From NCBI RefSeq assembly GCF_964213995.1, contig NC_135810.1:99882001-99946000 (forward strand): a stretch of DNA of 64,000 nucleotides, written 5' to 3'. Position numbers and translations under genes: made by a program. The DNA comes from Mustelus asterias. Taxonomy: Eukaryota. Positions 49,611-62,403 of the stretch are shown piece after piece; the stretch's first letter is position 1; the number at the start of each line of letters is the position of its first letter. The notes below the pieces were generated by a model. That model saw nothing but the letters and a program-made list of their open reading frames with translations, was not told where the DNA came from and ran no database searches.

Positions 49611-50729
49611 CTGGAGGTGGGTGGTGTGATTTCGAGACACCTTAAGTTAAGTGGAAGATGGAAAAAAATTGTAAGCTTTAACAATTTTAGACAGTTAATT
49701 GGAGTTTATAACAAAGGCTATTTAATACATATCGATGCCAGCCTGCAATTTCTCTGCAAGAAATAATAAAAACCTACATTGCCATTGTTGAACTCTATAG
49801 CTGAAGCATTATAATCTGTCAGAGGAAGTAGCAATCAAACTTTCTCATGTTCTGATCTGACTGCAAGTTGAATTTTTGAATTCAGATTGCAGTTCAAGAT
49901 GCCAAAAAATAAGAGAAGCATTCAGTTGCTAGAGGCAATGCACAATGGAGAAACTTAGCTGCTTCCCAGTGTCAGAGAACTGAGTTATGAGGAAATATCG
50001 CAAAGCTTGTGAGCCAAGGATAGATTCTTGGAGGTAACAATAATATATCATTACTATACCATAATGGTATGGTATGCATCTGACAAAATCGCAGGTTGTT
50101 TTTGCAAAGCTGCTTCTTGATTGGAAAGTATTATGTATCTCTTATCAGATGGCAGCCTTGTATACATTAGATGTATAAAGTGTTCTGAACAGACCCTTGT
50201 CTCAACAGATCGAAACTAATTTTGTTCTTTTGCAATTCTGAGATTTTCATGCAGACATAGGTGTGACAATAAATGAAGCTTTTTGTAAATCTTCATTCGC
50301 TTATTAACAATTTGTTACTGGCCACAGTACGTTGAATTGACAACTCTGGTTGAACATATTTCTGGAGGTTGAATCACATGATCTTTCTTCTCCAACTATG
50401 CAGTCTAGTCAAGCAGCCTCTCCAGTATTTTTAACACTAATAAACCAAAAGTTTTCTGGGATTGCTTACAGCTATGTGCAGAATAGTCTTTTGTTTCTGG
50501 AATTCTGTAAGGTTGGCAATACTGTACACAGGATTAAACTCAGCTATTCCTAGATTTTTCTACTAGCTGCAGGGAATATTTGCTAATATTTACACCCCAG
50601 GGGAAAGCACAGATCTGTATAATTAATTCATTGCTTGGTATGCATGGTTTGATTTCTTACAAACATGCTATTTGAAATATTAACACAGATCTCTGATTCA
50701 TGTCATCCCATTCAATTTCAATCATCATA

Positions 50730-51024
50730 GGTTGGTACAGTGGTTAGCACTGCTGCCTCAGCGCCAGGATTCTGTGTTCGATTCCTGGCCTGGGTCACTG
50801 TCTGTGTGGAGCTTGCACATTCTCCCCGTGTCTGTGTGGGTTTCCTCCAGGTGCTCCGGTTTCCTCCCACAGTCCAAAGATGTGCTGGTTAGGTGAATTG
50901 GCCATGCTAAATTCTCCCCCAGTGTACCCGAACAGGCGCCGGAGTGTGGAGACTAGGGGATTTTCACAGTAACTTCATTTCAGCGTGAATGTAAGCCTAC
51001 TTGTGGCACTAATAAATAAACTTT
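50730..51024 (+). mobile_element. V-SINE with HE1-like head and core but a different 3' tail
   Basis: Matches 43974-44300 through the core to ~50925, then ACCCGAACAGGCGCC...CCTACTTGTGGCACTAATAAATAAAC. Confidence 0.85.
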
Positions 51025-53114
51025 AAATGTCCTGGGGATGGAGATCATCTTTCTGGGATTTTGACTGATAGTTGTGTCTAATGTGAAGCTGTGGGTCAGG
51101 ATGCAAGTTCCACTTATGAGAATAGATGTTAATGTTGCACCCAAATGGAAAATCTTGCATAAAATCACAAAAGGCTGCCAACAAGGAATTGCTTTTTAAA
51201 TCAATAGTATGTGTACAAATATGGCCAACTTGTACCAGTCTTTTTCAAGGAAAGAGTGGTACAGAACATTAAAGTCAAAGAATAAAGTGCTTACAAGGAT
51301 CCATTTACCATCTAAATCCCTTCAGCACAGTGAAGAGTTAACAAATGTTTGGCCGCAAACATGAAAGAACGTGAGCTGCTATTATCCAGACTGTACCTAC
51401 ACAGAGCAGTAAAACACAAATGAGACATACCAGCCAGCATATTTTATTCCTTATCTCTAAATGCTGGTGATGCGTAAATAATATTAAAGGGAGTTGATGG
51501 ACAAAGATATAAAATCCTGAGTAATGAATGGAAGGCTTTGGGAACAACCCGAAAACCTATATAGCTCGGAGTTCAAGTTCATAACCTGCACAATTGAAAA
51601 CTGCCAAGTAAACGTTCACTGTGACATTAAAGGGAAAATAATTATAGTGCCATCCCTTTAGCACTATTTACAGTAACATTGAGATGAAGTTCTCCCCCAC
51701 AGCCGAATTATTTATATTCAAGTAGGGATAAAAGCTTTAGCAAACTAGTGGGATTTACATTAACTTGGTTGAGAGGACACTGATTATCTCACGCAGGAGT
51801 TGAAACTATTTAATTTATATTTGGGGAAAAAAAAGTAAGCTTCAGATTTGTATGCAGTCGTGTTTTTGTTGTAATTCTAAACATTTAGTAAGGTAAGATC
51901 TTGTGAATTTAAAATGATGATAATCATTTTTTGAACTGCTGACAATAGTTCTGCTCATGATCTCTGCCATGTACATGTTGTAACTGGACATTGGATATTG
52001 TTTAGAGAGTAAGAATTTGCATTTATTTGGTGCCTTTCACACCAAAGGGCATCCTAAAACACTTTACAACCAATCAAGTACTTTTGATGTGTATTCACTG
52101 TTGTAATGTAGGAAATTCAGATTTCAGTTTAAAAAGCGCACTCTTTAAATTTCAAAATTGAAACAAAACCACTCAAACTTAGGGATTGAAGTGTTTCTGA
52201 AAGTACAATCAAGCAATGAGAATTTCCTAACCTAATAAATTCCAAAATATTCTCTGTTAAACAATTAGGGGCACTGACTTTATTTCCACCCAGCCCATTG
52301 AACTCTAAATATTCACTCTGAGAGCACCTAGAAATGAAATTCCATTATTACTCTCTAGCTACAGATTAAGAATTTCCATATGCCGCCAGGAATTATGTAC
52401 ACTACCAGAATAACTCTCACAAAATTGAATTAACTTGAGTAATTGTGAAAAGACAAACTACCCGATCTTTGGTGTTCTGATTGTAGAATGTTGCAAAGCT
52501 GTCGAAGATGTCATGGAGAAAAGGGGCAGGATTTTCTGGCTGTTCCCACTGGTGGAATCATCTGGTCCCACTAACGGCAACAAGACCCCCTGCCCGCTGC
52601 CGGAGAATTCGTGGTGGAGGGTGCGAACAAGAGGAAACCCCCCTGACAGCAGCAGGATCCGAAGGTCCTGCCCACAATCCCTTAGATCTCTCCTGAGCTC
52701 CCACCTATCTCTGATATTCGATTTTGTTCCACAATGTAAAATCCATCACACTGCTCCCTCTCTTTGGCTCTGAAGAAGTTGTACAGACTCAAAACATTAA
52801 CCCTGTTTCTTTCTCCACAGATGCTGCCAAATCTGCTGAGTTTTTCCAACATTTTCTGTTTTTATGGCAGTATTTTACTTTAACTGAATTGACATTGTCT
52901 CTGCCTGCAAGGAAATTTTTGATGTTGGAGACAGAAATAGGAAGTCGGATGTACGACATCACTGCCATCTTTCCTGGTTTCCCATCACCATTCTCACCTG
53001 ATGTGGGACCTGAAGATCTGGTCCCAGGGGTCTCATGAAAAAAATTGAAAAATCAGTCTATTATACTGTCGGTCACAGTATTCACAGTCTTTCAGTATGT
53101 TCCCAAGGATCCCA

Positions 53115-53545
53115 TATTGTTGGCTCAGTAGTAGCATGTTTGCTGAAAGTCAGAAGGGTCATGGGTTCAACTTGTACTGCAGAGACTTCAGCGCATAAGC
53201 TAGGCTAACACTTTAAAGCAGTACTGAGGGTGCACTGCACTTGGACCTGGTGTCTTCTGGAAGAGGTATTTAAAGTAAGCCCCTGTCAGCTCACGCAGAT
53301 AGATGTAAAATATTTCATGGCATTATTGAAGGAAAGTGGGGGAGTTCTCATCAGAGATGTGCTAATATTTATCCATCAACCACCATCACTAAAATCTGGT
53401 CATTTAACTCATTGCTAATTGTGGAACCTTGTATGGTAACTGGCTGTTGTCTTTCACCACATTAAAACAGTGACTCGTGTTCAGAAGGTTGTAAAGCATC
53501 TTGCAATGTCCTGAACTTGTGAAATGTGCAAGCTGTTTTATTTAT
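53115..53545 (+). mobile_element. Old DeuSINE (SacSINE1-like)
   Basis: tRNA head TGGCTCAGTAGTAGC...GGGTTCAA, Deu-like core GCAGTACTGAGGG..CTGCAC...ATTTCATGGCATTATT, L2-like tail. Confidence 0.55.
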
Positions 53546-54124
53546 TTAATGTTAAAAATATTATTATTTTGTGTTTGCCACAAAAAGCTTTTCACACTCA
53601 TTCAATAAAAATGCAAAGGGAAACTGTGATAATTGATGAATAATTCTATTGTTCAAAAAGTACTGAGAGCAGCATTCCGTAGTTATCATGCTCCAACATA
53701 TAACCAAGTGAAGATAAATTGACTGATAGAAAGGCAGGTTTCATCTTTTTGATCTACTGATCTGCTTCTTAGTTTCCAGCTACAGTTCACTTGTAGATTA
53801 TTGTTATTTGGCAGTATATCAAAATGTTGAAGAAAATGTCACCTTTCTAATTAAACCAAAAATCTTGTTCTGGAATTTATAGAAGTTCCAGTGATTTCTC
53901 CTCAACTGTGTACCTTTCATAATTCGACATTGTGATTATCTGGAAGTTTAAGCGGACTCGATATTGCATAATCAGCTGAAATTGTATGGTGTATAGTGAT
54001 TGCCATGATGGTATGTTGAAATGCCTGTATGAAATTAAGATTTTGTGGAATACTCCTGATCAAAGTGTCCCTTTAATATATTGTGTGAAAAACAATGTAA
54101 TTATACTAGTATGAATAATTACGG

Positions 54125-54390
54125 GGTCTCCCGTTTAAGACAGAGTTGAGGAGGAATTTCTTCTCTGAGTGCCGTTAGTCTTTAGAATTCTCTTCCTAGA
54201 GAGCAATGAAGGCTGGCCCATCGAATATATTCAAGATTGAGTTCAGTAAATGTTTTATTTTACAAAGGAGTCAGGTGTTTTATGGGAGGCTGGTGTGAAA
54301 GTGGAGTTGAGGGCACATTCAGTTCAGTAGGGAGAAATTGAATGTTGGAGCAGGCCAAAGGGCTGAATGACTCCTTATTTCTTATGTTAT
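54125..54390 (+). mobile_element. CR1 LINE 3' end
   Basis: FKTELRRNFFS relic and 3'UTR ...GGGCTGAATGACTCCTTATTTCTTATGTT. Confidence 0.7.
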
Positions 54391-54639
54391 TATTTGTAAA
54401 GTTTTTAGAAAGACTATCATGCTTGAGTGACATCACTGATAAGGAGAGATGTGCATCCTGGAACCACTGCATTAATTTTGATGTTGATTCCAACTGTAAA
54501 CTGACAATACAGAAATACCAAGCTAATCAGGTGATTTTCTTTGGGTTGTCAAAGGAAGTGTTTGTGCATGGTTACAGCTTTATCCAAGGTGTAGGAAGGT
54601 TGTGAAGGAAACTTCAAAAGATGCTTAGCTATGAGTTAA

Positions 54640-55015
54640 CCATATTGAAGTGGAACTGGAGTCACACGTTGCTTGACTGCGAAGGACATTAAACTAGTTG
54701 GGTTTTTACAAAGATCCAGTAACCTGATGGTCAGTTTTAATAGCTTGTATTTTCCAGATTGAATCCAAATCCTCAAACTACCATGGTGGGATTTGAGTTT
54801 TAGCTTTGAGATTGTTAGTCCGGGGCGGGATTTTACAGCCTCACTCGTCCCTAAACCGTAAAATCCCGCCCGAGGTCAACGCACCTTTCCATGGTCCACT
54901 CCTCACCCACTCCAATTCCCTTGGCAGGCGGGACGGTAAAATTACTGCCCAGGCCTTTGGATTACTAGTCTAGTTACGTATGGTCGTGCATGGTAACCAC
55001 TACACTACCATACCC
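54640..55015 (-). mobile_element. tRNA-headed SINE fragment hosting a MITE
   Basis: Similar to 13770-13980; split at TTAGTCC / AGGCC by the 54823 element. Confidence 0.55.
54823..54950. mobile_element. 128-bp MITE
   Basis: GGGCGGGATTTTAC ... GTAAAATTACTGCCC, with an additional internal GTAAAATCCCGCCC. Confidence 0.8.
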
Positions 55016-58000
55016 TCAAGTCAATGGCAGGAAAATCATTCAAGGTGTACAATGTGTAACTAATCTGATATCACTTGTTTAGACTGTCCATCACTGAGAG
55101 TTTGAATTACTGTAATCAAAAAGTTGAAAATTGAAAATCAAAACAGCTAAAGTAAATACATTCCAAGTAAGACTTCAGTCACTAATAATGCGTAAGCTTT
55201 TAGACAAATCCCTTAGCAAGCTTTAATATTTTAAAACCATTGAAGTATTAGCAGCAGTTACAATAGACCCCTTACCTTTTTGCAAAAAAATTCAGGACTA
55301 GTCTAAATGTGATTATTCTGCAATTGTTCCTTGAAGTTATCTTTTATTACCTCATGCCCATTCAGTCAGCTTGACTTTCTGATACCTGGGTGGTCTGGTT
55401 CCAGTTGTGTGTCTCCACAAGCACAAGAAGTCTACTCTTTCCAAGTACAGGTAACTAAGAGCAGCTGGAAATGAAGACGCTTTTGAGCTCCCTGGGATGT
55501 AGAGTACTTCTGATGCGCTCTGCTTGCTATATCCCTGAATGGCATCAGCCCAGCGAAATTAGGCTTAAGTCTTGAAATAGCCAGTTATATAATTAAGTTC
55601 AAAGATTAGGAGATACATCTTGAAATAATTTTATCAGGGTGCTTTGCTTCATGTAGTCATCAATACTCAATTGATTGGGGCATTTTAAAAATATACTGGA
55701 ACGTTAAAGGAAAATAACAAAGATGAATATGGACAAAGCAGGGAAATGAGATTGAAAAGTTGTATGTTTACTGCCCGCACTGAATTTAATCCCCCGAAGG
55801 ATGACTTCCTCCTCTGCTTTAAAAAGAAACAATTTCAATTCTCCTACATCTGTAACTATACCTGAAAAAGAGCTGCACTGTTTTCAAACGCGACTGAAAA
55901 CCACAGCAGCTTTCACCAATCAATTCAAGTGCAATGAAAACAACAAAACATTGTGAAGAATAAGCCCATACAGCATCTAAGCTGTGTGGGTGGCAGTGTC
56001 TCCATTACCCAGTTCCAATCACATTTATCCATGCAATTTCCTGAAATGTTACTCTGTTGGAAGTTAACAAAATATACAATGTTCTTAACCTTTTTAGCCC
56101 ACTTTAGGATTTGATGTTTGATAATTTCCAGTATTGTAGTTGCAATTCATTACTTCTGCAGCTGCGCAGTACATCTTGACGCTCCATAAATGCACAGTAC
56201 AATCCCACCCAGTATGCCAGCCCTGTATCTAATGACAAGAACATGGAAATGTTGCCCGGTGGCTATTACTCTGATATGGAATGAATTCTGATATGTCTGG
56301 TATTTGGAATGGATATTACAAGTAACAAGCACCTAAATATTATCCGTAACTGATTATAACTAACTGTGTATAAAAACAACTTGGATAAAGGTTGAGCTGT
56401 TCTTCAGACAGACTGGACAGGAAGCAGTTGCTTGAGATTAATGCAGTATTAAAACAACCAGTGGTTCTACATTAGGCTTGTTATACTCCAGAATATTTGA
56501 ATGAATGCACATGTTGAGATGCTCACTGGATAATGAGGTTGAGAGCTCCATCTTAATTTTCACACAAGTACTGCCATACTATCTGCTTCCTGCTGACCCA
56601 TTGTGCCAGTTATTTTAGTGAGATAATTGTTTCTATAAAATAATACAAACGGCTAGCTCTGCCTGCAGGATGAGCTTCACATAAAACACAACGTCCAACC
56701 TTTTTAAATGGCTTTGTATGATAAAGTTCCATCTAATTTCCTCATGAACCTACTATTATAAAAATAGGTAAAAGTCAATGACATATAGCGGCTGAATTTT
56801 TGTTCCCAGTTCCGCTCACGTAGAAAGGATCTTCAATAACAGTGTTATTATTCAGGACAATGAGAGAACAATGCAACTCAGAAGCTAAGAAGTATATTGT
56901 TGTTGTTTCTCTTCCCACACTAGTGGTACACAAGACAGACGTACATCTGATTCCATAGCTATTTTTTCTTTGTAAAGGCTACTACTCTGTCACCAGAGAT
57001 TATAGCCACTCAATATCAAGTATGGCTGACCAAGAGTTGCTCCCATTTTTACTGCTAGCCATTGGCATGTGTTGCTAGATCTTTGCAGGTTAAAACTCAA
57101 CCTGTTTGACTTCATTATGAATGCATCTTCCTTAGCTATCAAGTCCTGGGGCAGGACTGGGAAACCCAGAGCTTCTGGCTTAGAAGTAAGGTTGCTATGT
57201 CACAAGACCTCCTAAGACGTATATGCTGATCTTTTAAAATGGGTCGTTAGTAGAATTGACATACTTAACCTCGAGGCAAAATGTAACTTTAATATAAGCA
57301 TAAATAAACTGTGACTGTTGGCTGCCAGTGGGATCTTCTGGCCCCGCCAGTGTCTACAGCGTTTTGCGAGGCTTGCCCATCCCACCACCACGGATCCTAC
57401 CGTGGGGCGTCGCCATAAGCAAGACCAGAAGAACTCGCCAATGGGAAGGGCCAGAAAATCTCACCCTAGGAAACTGTTGATATAAATCCACTATGTTGTT
57501 TGGAAAAGAGAAATTGGGGTAAATTGTTAATAGAATACCAATAATGAATATCATAAACTGGATTGATAATAACTAATTAAAAACACACGAAGTCACACTT
57601 CAGCTGCCTAGGCCCTAACACTGGAATTCTTTTCCTAAATGTCTAGACCTCTCTACTTTGCTTTCCTCCTTTAAGATGCTCCTTAACACCTATCTCCTTG
57701 AGCAAGGTTTTCATCATCTGATCTAATGTTTCCTTAGCGGCTCAGTGTTTTATAATGCTCCAATGGAGCACTTTGGGTCATCTTATTATGTTATTGTTAT
57801 TCTGAATGTGTGTCAATGGGGATCATTGATGGTGGGAATGTTGCTGAGAGTAATTGGTTAATTGCAGGAACCATTGGTAATTGCATGCTGTTGTCAAATT
57901 AATAGTTGAGTCTCTGACTAGGTTCACTCTATGTCTTCTACTTCATATCAGTCTAAACATATTTATGGCAGACATTTATTTGTTACAAGACAGTATAAAC

Positions 58001-58165
58001 AAAATTCCTTCTAATTTACAAAGTGACATAAGGTTTTCTGAGACACTAATTCACGTAACAGTTAGAGTTAGCTATTCTATATATACTTTATACCCTTAAA
58101 GGAGAAAAAATAATTTAATGCTTGAGTCAAGGTCTGCATTTCTTCCTTGTCCTAAGTAAGAAAGT

Positions 58166-58411
58166 TATAGAGTCATAGAGGTTTACAGCATGGAAACAGG
58201 CCCTTCGGCCCAACTTGTCCATGCCGCACAGTTTTTCCCACTAAGCTAGTCCCAATTGCCTGTGTTTGGCCCATATCCCTCTATGCCCATCTTACCCATG
58301 TAACTATCTAAATGCTTTTTGAAAGACAAAATTGTACCCGCCTCTACTAATGCCTCTGGCAGCTCATTCCAGACACTCACCACCCTCTGTGTGAAAAAAT
58401 TGCTCCTCTGG
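58166..58411 (-). mobile_element. CR1 (HER1-like) LINE 3' end
   Basis: NFFTQRVVSVWNELPE...; same subfamily as 29392-29870. Confidence 0.85.
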
Positions 58412-61400
58412 ACATACTGTGTGGCGCAAAAAAAGTTCAAGGCATTAGCTGACTGGAATAGAAGGATCAGTGTACCATTTTTTTAAGGTACACTGCTTTA
58501 CTGAGAAAAAGATGACCATGAACCATAGGACTCCCAGTAGAAATTGATAACGAAGCAGTTTATTTTAATTGATTGTTACAGTGGTACCTGGAACGCTCAG
58601 TTATAATTTGTTGCAGTGCTAGTAAGATAAGAACTTGTGTAGATTTACTCTCAACTTGGATGAGACAGAGTACTAATTAAAATCGTCATAGCACCTGGAA
58701 TATCAGCCCCACCTATCCAAACAAAGAATTTCTGTATTTTTAAACTTCAGCCAGCTGAAGTGACAGCTTTTCCTGCCATTTGTTTTTTGAAGCTTAATTT
58801 GAAAGAAAGTGCTGGAGGCAGGTCAGAGCCTACCCCACCAGCAACCTCAGCCTTCAAGAGATCGGGACACCCTTCCAATGTAATAAAAATGATAACAAGG
58901 ATCCGCTCCATGGATACAGAGACAAATCTCCCCCCTCCCTCCCCCAGCACCTTCCCAAAGGAAGCACCCCCAGCAGTGCCTGGGTACTGGATACTTGTTT
59001 GTAAACTTATTGTAAACCCCGCTGAAATGATGTCACGCGGGGCGGGGGCATACTGTGAGGAGGCCAGCTAAGTATATGATAATGTATGGTCATAGGGTTC
59101 TAGATCTTTCATGGCAGGAACTCCATTATGTCATTGGCGGGTGGGGCAGGGACAATCATGTAAAGTAATCTCGCAGGCATGAAAGCCATTTTAGGACTCC
59201 TCCTCTATTCTCCGCCCCCCACCATCATTCCTACCAGCCAAAAATGGGGACAGAAACCCCACACCCGTAAAGTGAAATCTGTATAATCACAGTATAAACT
59301 GCCTTGATACAGGAGGTGCTTATAGAATTTGTATTTATTGTGGAGGTAATTGGAAAGTGTCCTTTCATTGCCCTGGCTTGAACCGTTTTGAATGCTCATT
59401 GTGCAATTTCAGGTTCTGTCATAGATTCTACTTGAATATATTTTTTTAGTTAGCCTGTATGATAGAGAAAGAAGTATTATTCAAAGCATCAACACTTTGA
59501 TATATCATCAATAATTCAAATAAAAGCTTAAGAAACTTTTAAGGCTATACTCATTATGCTGTTGCGTTAATGCATTCATAGGATTGCACTTATTGATGCC
59601 TGGGGCAGCATATTGCAGGGGCTAGATGGCTTGGCACATTCCCTCGAAGCAAAGTTGGCTTGGAGCCAAGTCACTTCCCGTCAGCCTACCCCACAGCAAT
59701 AACATGCCATGGGTGGGCTAAAGAGTCTGCAGTAGGACTTCCGCCCCTCACTGGGGAGGACGTCCCACCGTTGGGAGCTGCCAGACAATCGGATTGGCCG
59801 GCAGTGCCAAGCGGGCATTAGTGTGCGCTACTGGGACTGCAAGCAGGCCCAATAAGGCCTGTGAATCGCAGAGCATGATAAGACCGGGGTCTTGGATGGG
59901 GAGGGTGTGAATAGTTTAGGAAGGGGTGTGGGGAGGTGGGAATGATGTGCTTTATAGAGCAGGAGGGTGGGAAGAAAGGGAAGCTGCCCCACGATGCTCA
60001 AAAGGCACCCCTGAAGGGAGTGCAGTCCCCCACTTCGTTCCCACCAACGATGACTTGGCGCATTGAAAGGGGAACATTGCTTCTATTTATGATGCTTCTG
60101 GAGTTGAGTTTTTGATTATTATCTGCCAGTGCAAATTTCATATATTTTCACATTCATACCAGACTTTCCTGAGTTTTTTTACAGCTTTTCCACCATATAA
60201 CAGTATTAATGTTGTTTGCCACAAAGATTAACAACATATAGCTCTCAGCTTCTTAAACCTGTTCCTCAGGTAAACTACCATTGGAATTTCTGCCTAAGAG
60301 CTGACGAGAAGATAAACTTGTTTCATGCCAAATTCTTGACACAGCAAGAATCCTATTACCAATCTACATTAAAGTAATTCACTAAACATGACCTGTCAGT
60401 CATCAGTCATTACAAAAGAAATCAACTCAAGAGTTTCTGTGAAGTAAACTTCTGCCAACTTAGTCTGACAAGAAAAGTTGGTTCAAAGCCTCTAACATGA
60501 GTTTAATGTAGTAATGAGATCAGGTATAAAGAAAATAACAGTAGACAGGAGCCTGTTGCTTAATCAGATGGAAAGCCCTAGGTGCCAAATTCTGATTACC
60601 TGGTTCATGAGTTTCATCGAGCTACCCCTTTAATTAAGACTAGTTGTGTACATAAAAGAGCATTGATGTTGAATACCTTACAGATAACATCTTTTGACTT
60701 GTCACCACTGGCAGGTATTGCAGATTTACCCATTGAGTATTTTAATTTGTTCCAAGTTGAGTCCCACTTCCTATGTAAATCCACTTTTACAAAACGTCCT
60801 GTCAGTTTTCTACAAGTTTCAATTAAACCTCTTTTCTTGTCTAAAATTATCCCAACAAACTATGTACTATAAACCTTATACTCAAACTTTAGTTCTTAAA
60901 ATATTCTGAAGACGTAAAGAAAGTCCTGTTCCTTTGAGATACTATTTTTTAAATTGCATTCAACAATACACCTCTTTTTATTCTTGTGCCTGTTTCGAAA
61001 GGATCTTAGTCCAGTGTTTGCAGAGGTCGGCTTAAAAGAGACTGAAAGAAAGGGGTTTCCGGATCAGACTTTTAATACCCATTTGATAGAAAGAGGTAGA
61101 AGTCCAGTGACTCTAATCTGAAATATATTAAATTTGTGTTATCATTGTGAGATGCAATATGCAATTGCTTCTGGAATGGATTATAGGTTGGCAACTCTGG
61201 TAGCACACAATGGATTTTAGCAGTTTGTTTGATTATCCTCTAAACTGCAGTCATCAGTTTTACATCTTTATAAACTTAGTCAAATAATTATGATGAGTTT
61301 TTTTGGCATGTGGTCAACTTTCACTTCCTTAAATATTGCTTGTTGCCATACAGCCTACCTGCATGGCAACAAGATACACTTGCAAAGATGACAGCCCGCT

Positions 61401-62403
61401 TTCTAGTTTTTTGAAGTTAGGGATACATTATTTCTGGAGCATGTATCATGTTATAAAAAAGTTCTGAGCCGCTTCCTTAGTGTCATAACTTGTGTTTTAA
61501 GTTTTCCTAATATGTTAGATCTATTATAGATAGCACTGCAGAAAACTGATACAGGTGAACCTTAGAATAATGAATGGTTTCCTCCAGTAAACTTTCTTTC
61601 AGTATAAGCAAGAATTGAAAAGGAACGGGAAAATCTGGAATTAAATGATTGACTTTTGGACATCAAGGAAGTGGGGCAGAGCAGGTAAAATTCTTCCGGT
61701 CAATAATTTTAGCCAAAAAAAAGGAATTTCGGTTTTAGATTCAGAACAGTTTTTTTCACTTAAAATTATCAAGATGACCAGGAGACAAGAGGAACATGAT
61801 AGAATTTATTGCAAATTAGGTTTTATAGTGTAATTCTGTAAATGTTGCTGTATCAATAGGTCGCATTGCTTATTTTCAGCCCCTCCAGTTTATATGAGCT
61901 GACAACATGTCTGTACATACTGTAGAAATGCAAATTTGCTCGGGTACTGCCATTGTTGAGGTTGATGGGCCTAGCTGTGGATTTTGTTTCCTTGTGTGCA
62001 GTGGTCTTTGTTGAATGCTCTAACTTTGAATGAACATTGGTGACTTCCAAGATTTGAATTAAGCTGAGCTAGTTAAATAACTACCATTGGAGTTTTCTAA
62101 GTTGAAGTATTGATTTACTCGAGCGCTGATCTGAGAAGTTCTGACAGCTCGCTGATACCTCACAAAAATTGTCTGTTAACTTTTGTGTGTGATTCTAGAA
62201 AGTGAGTGTCACTAAGCCTTCACAGCCTGCTCTCCTTGCATAACAACTACACTTCCTGGAGAGGTCACTGGATGGCAAGACTTGTGGTCAATTTTCCTCT
62301 TCCTTGTTTAGAAACATTAATTGAATTTGCAGTGTGTATATAACCCTGTCAAACTGTAGAGACACCTGGGACCTCCCAAGACTGTATAGTACCAGAGAAT
62401 ATC

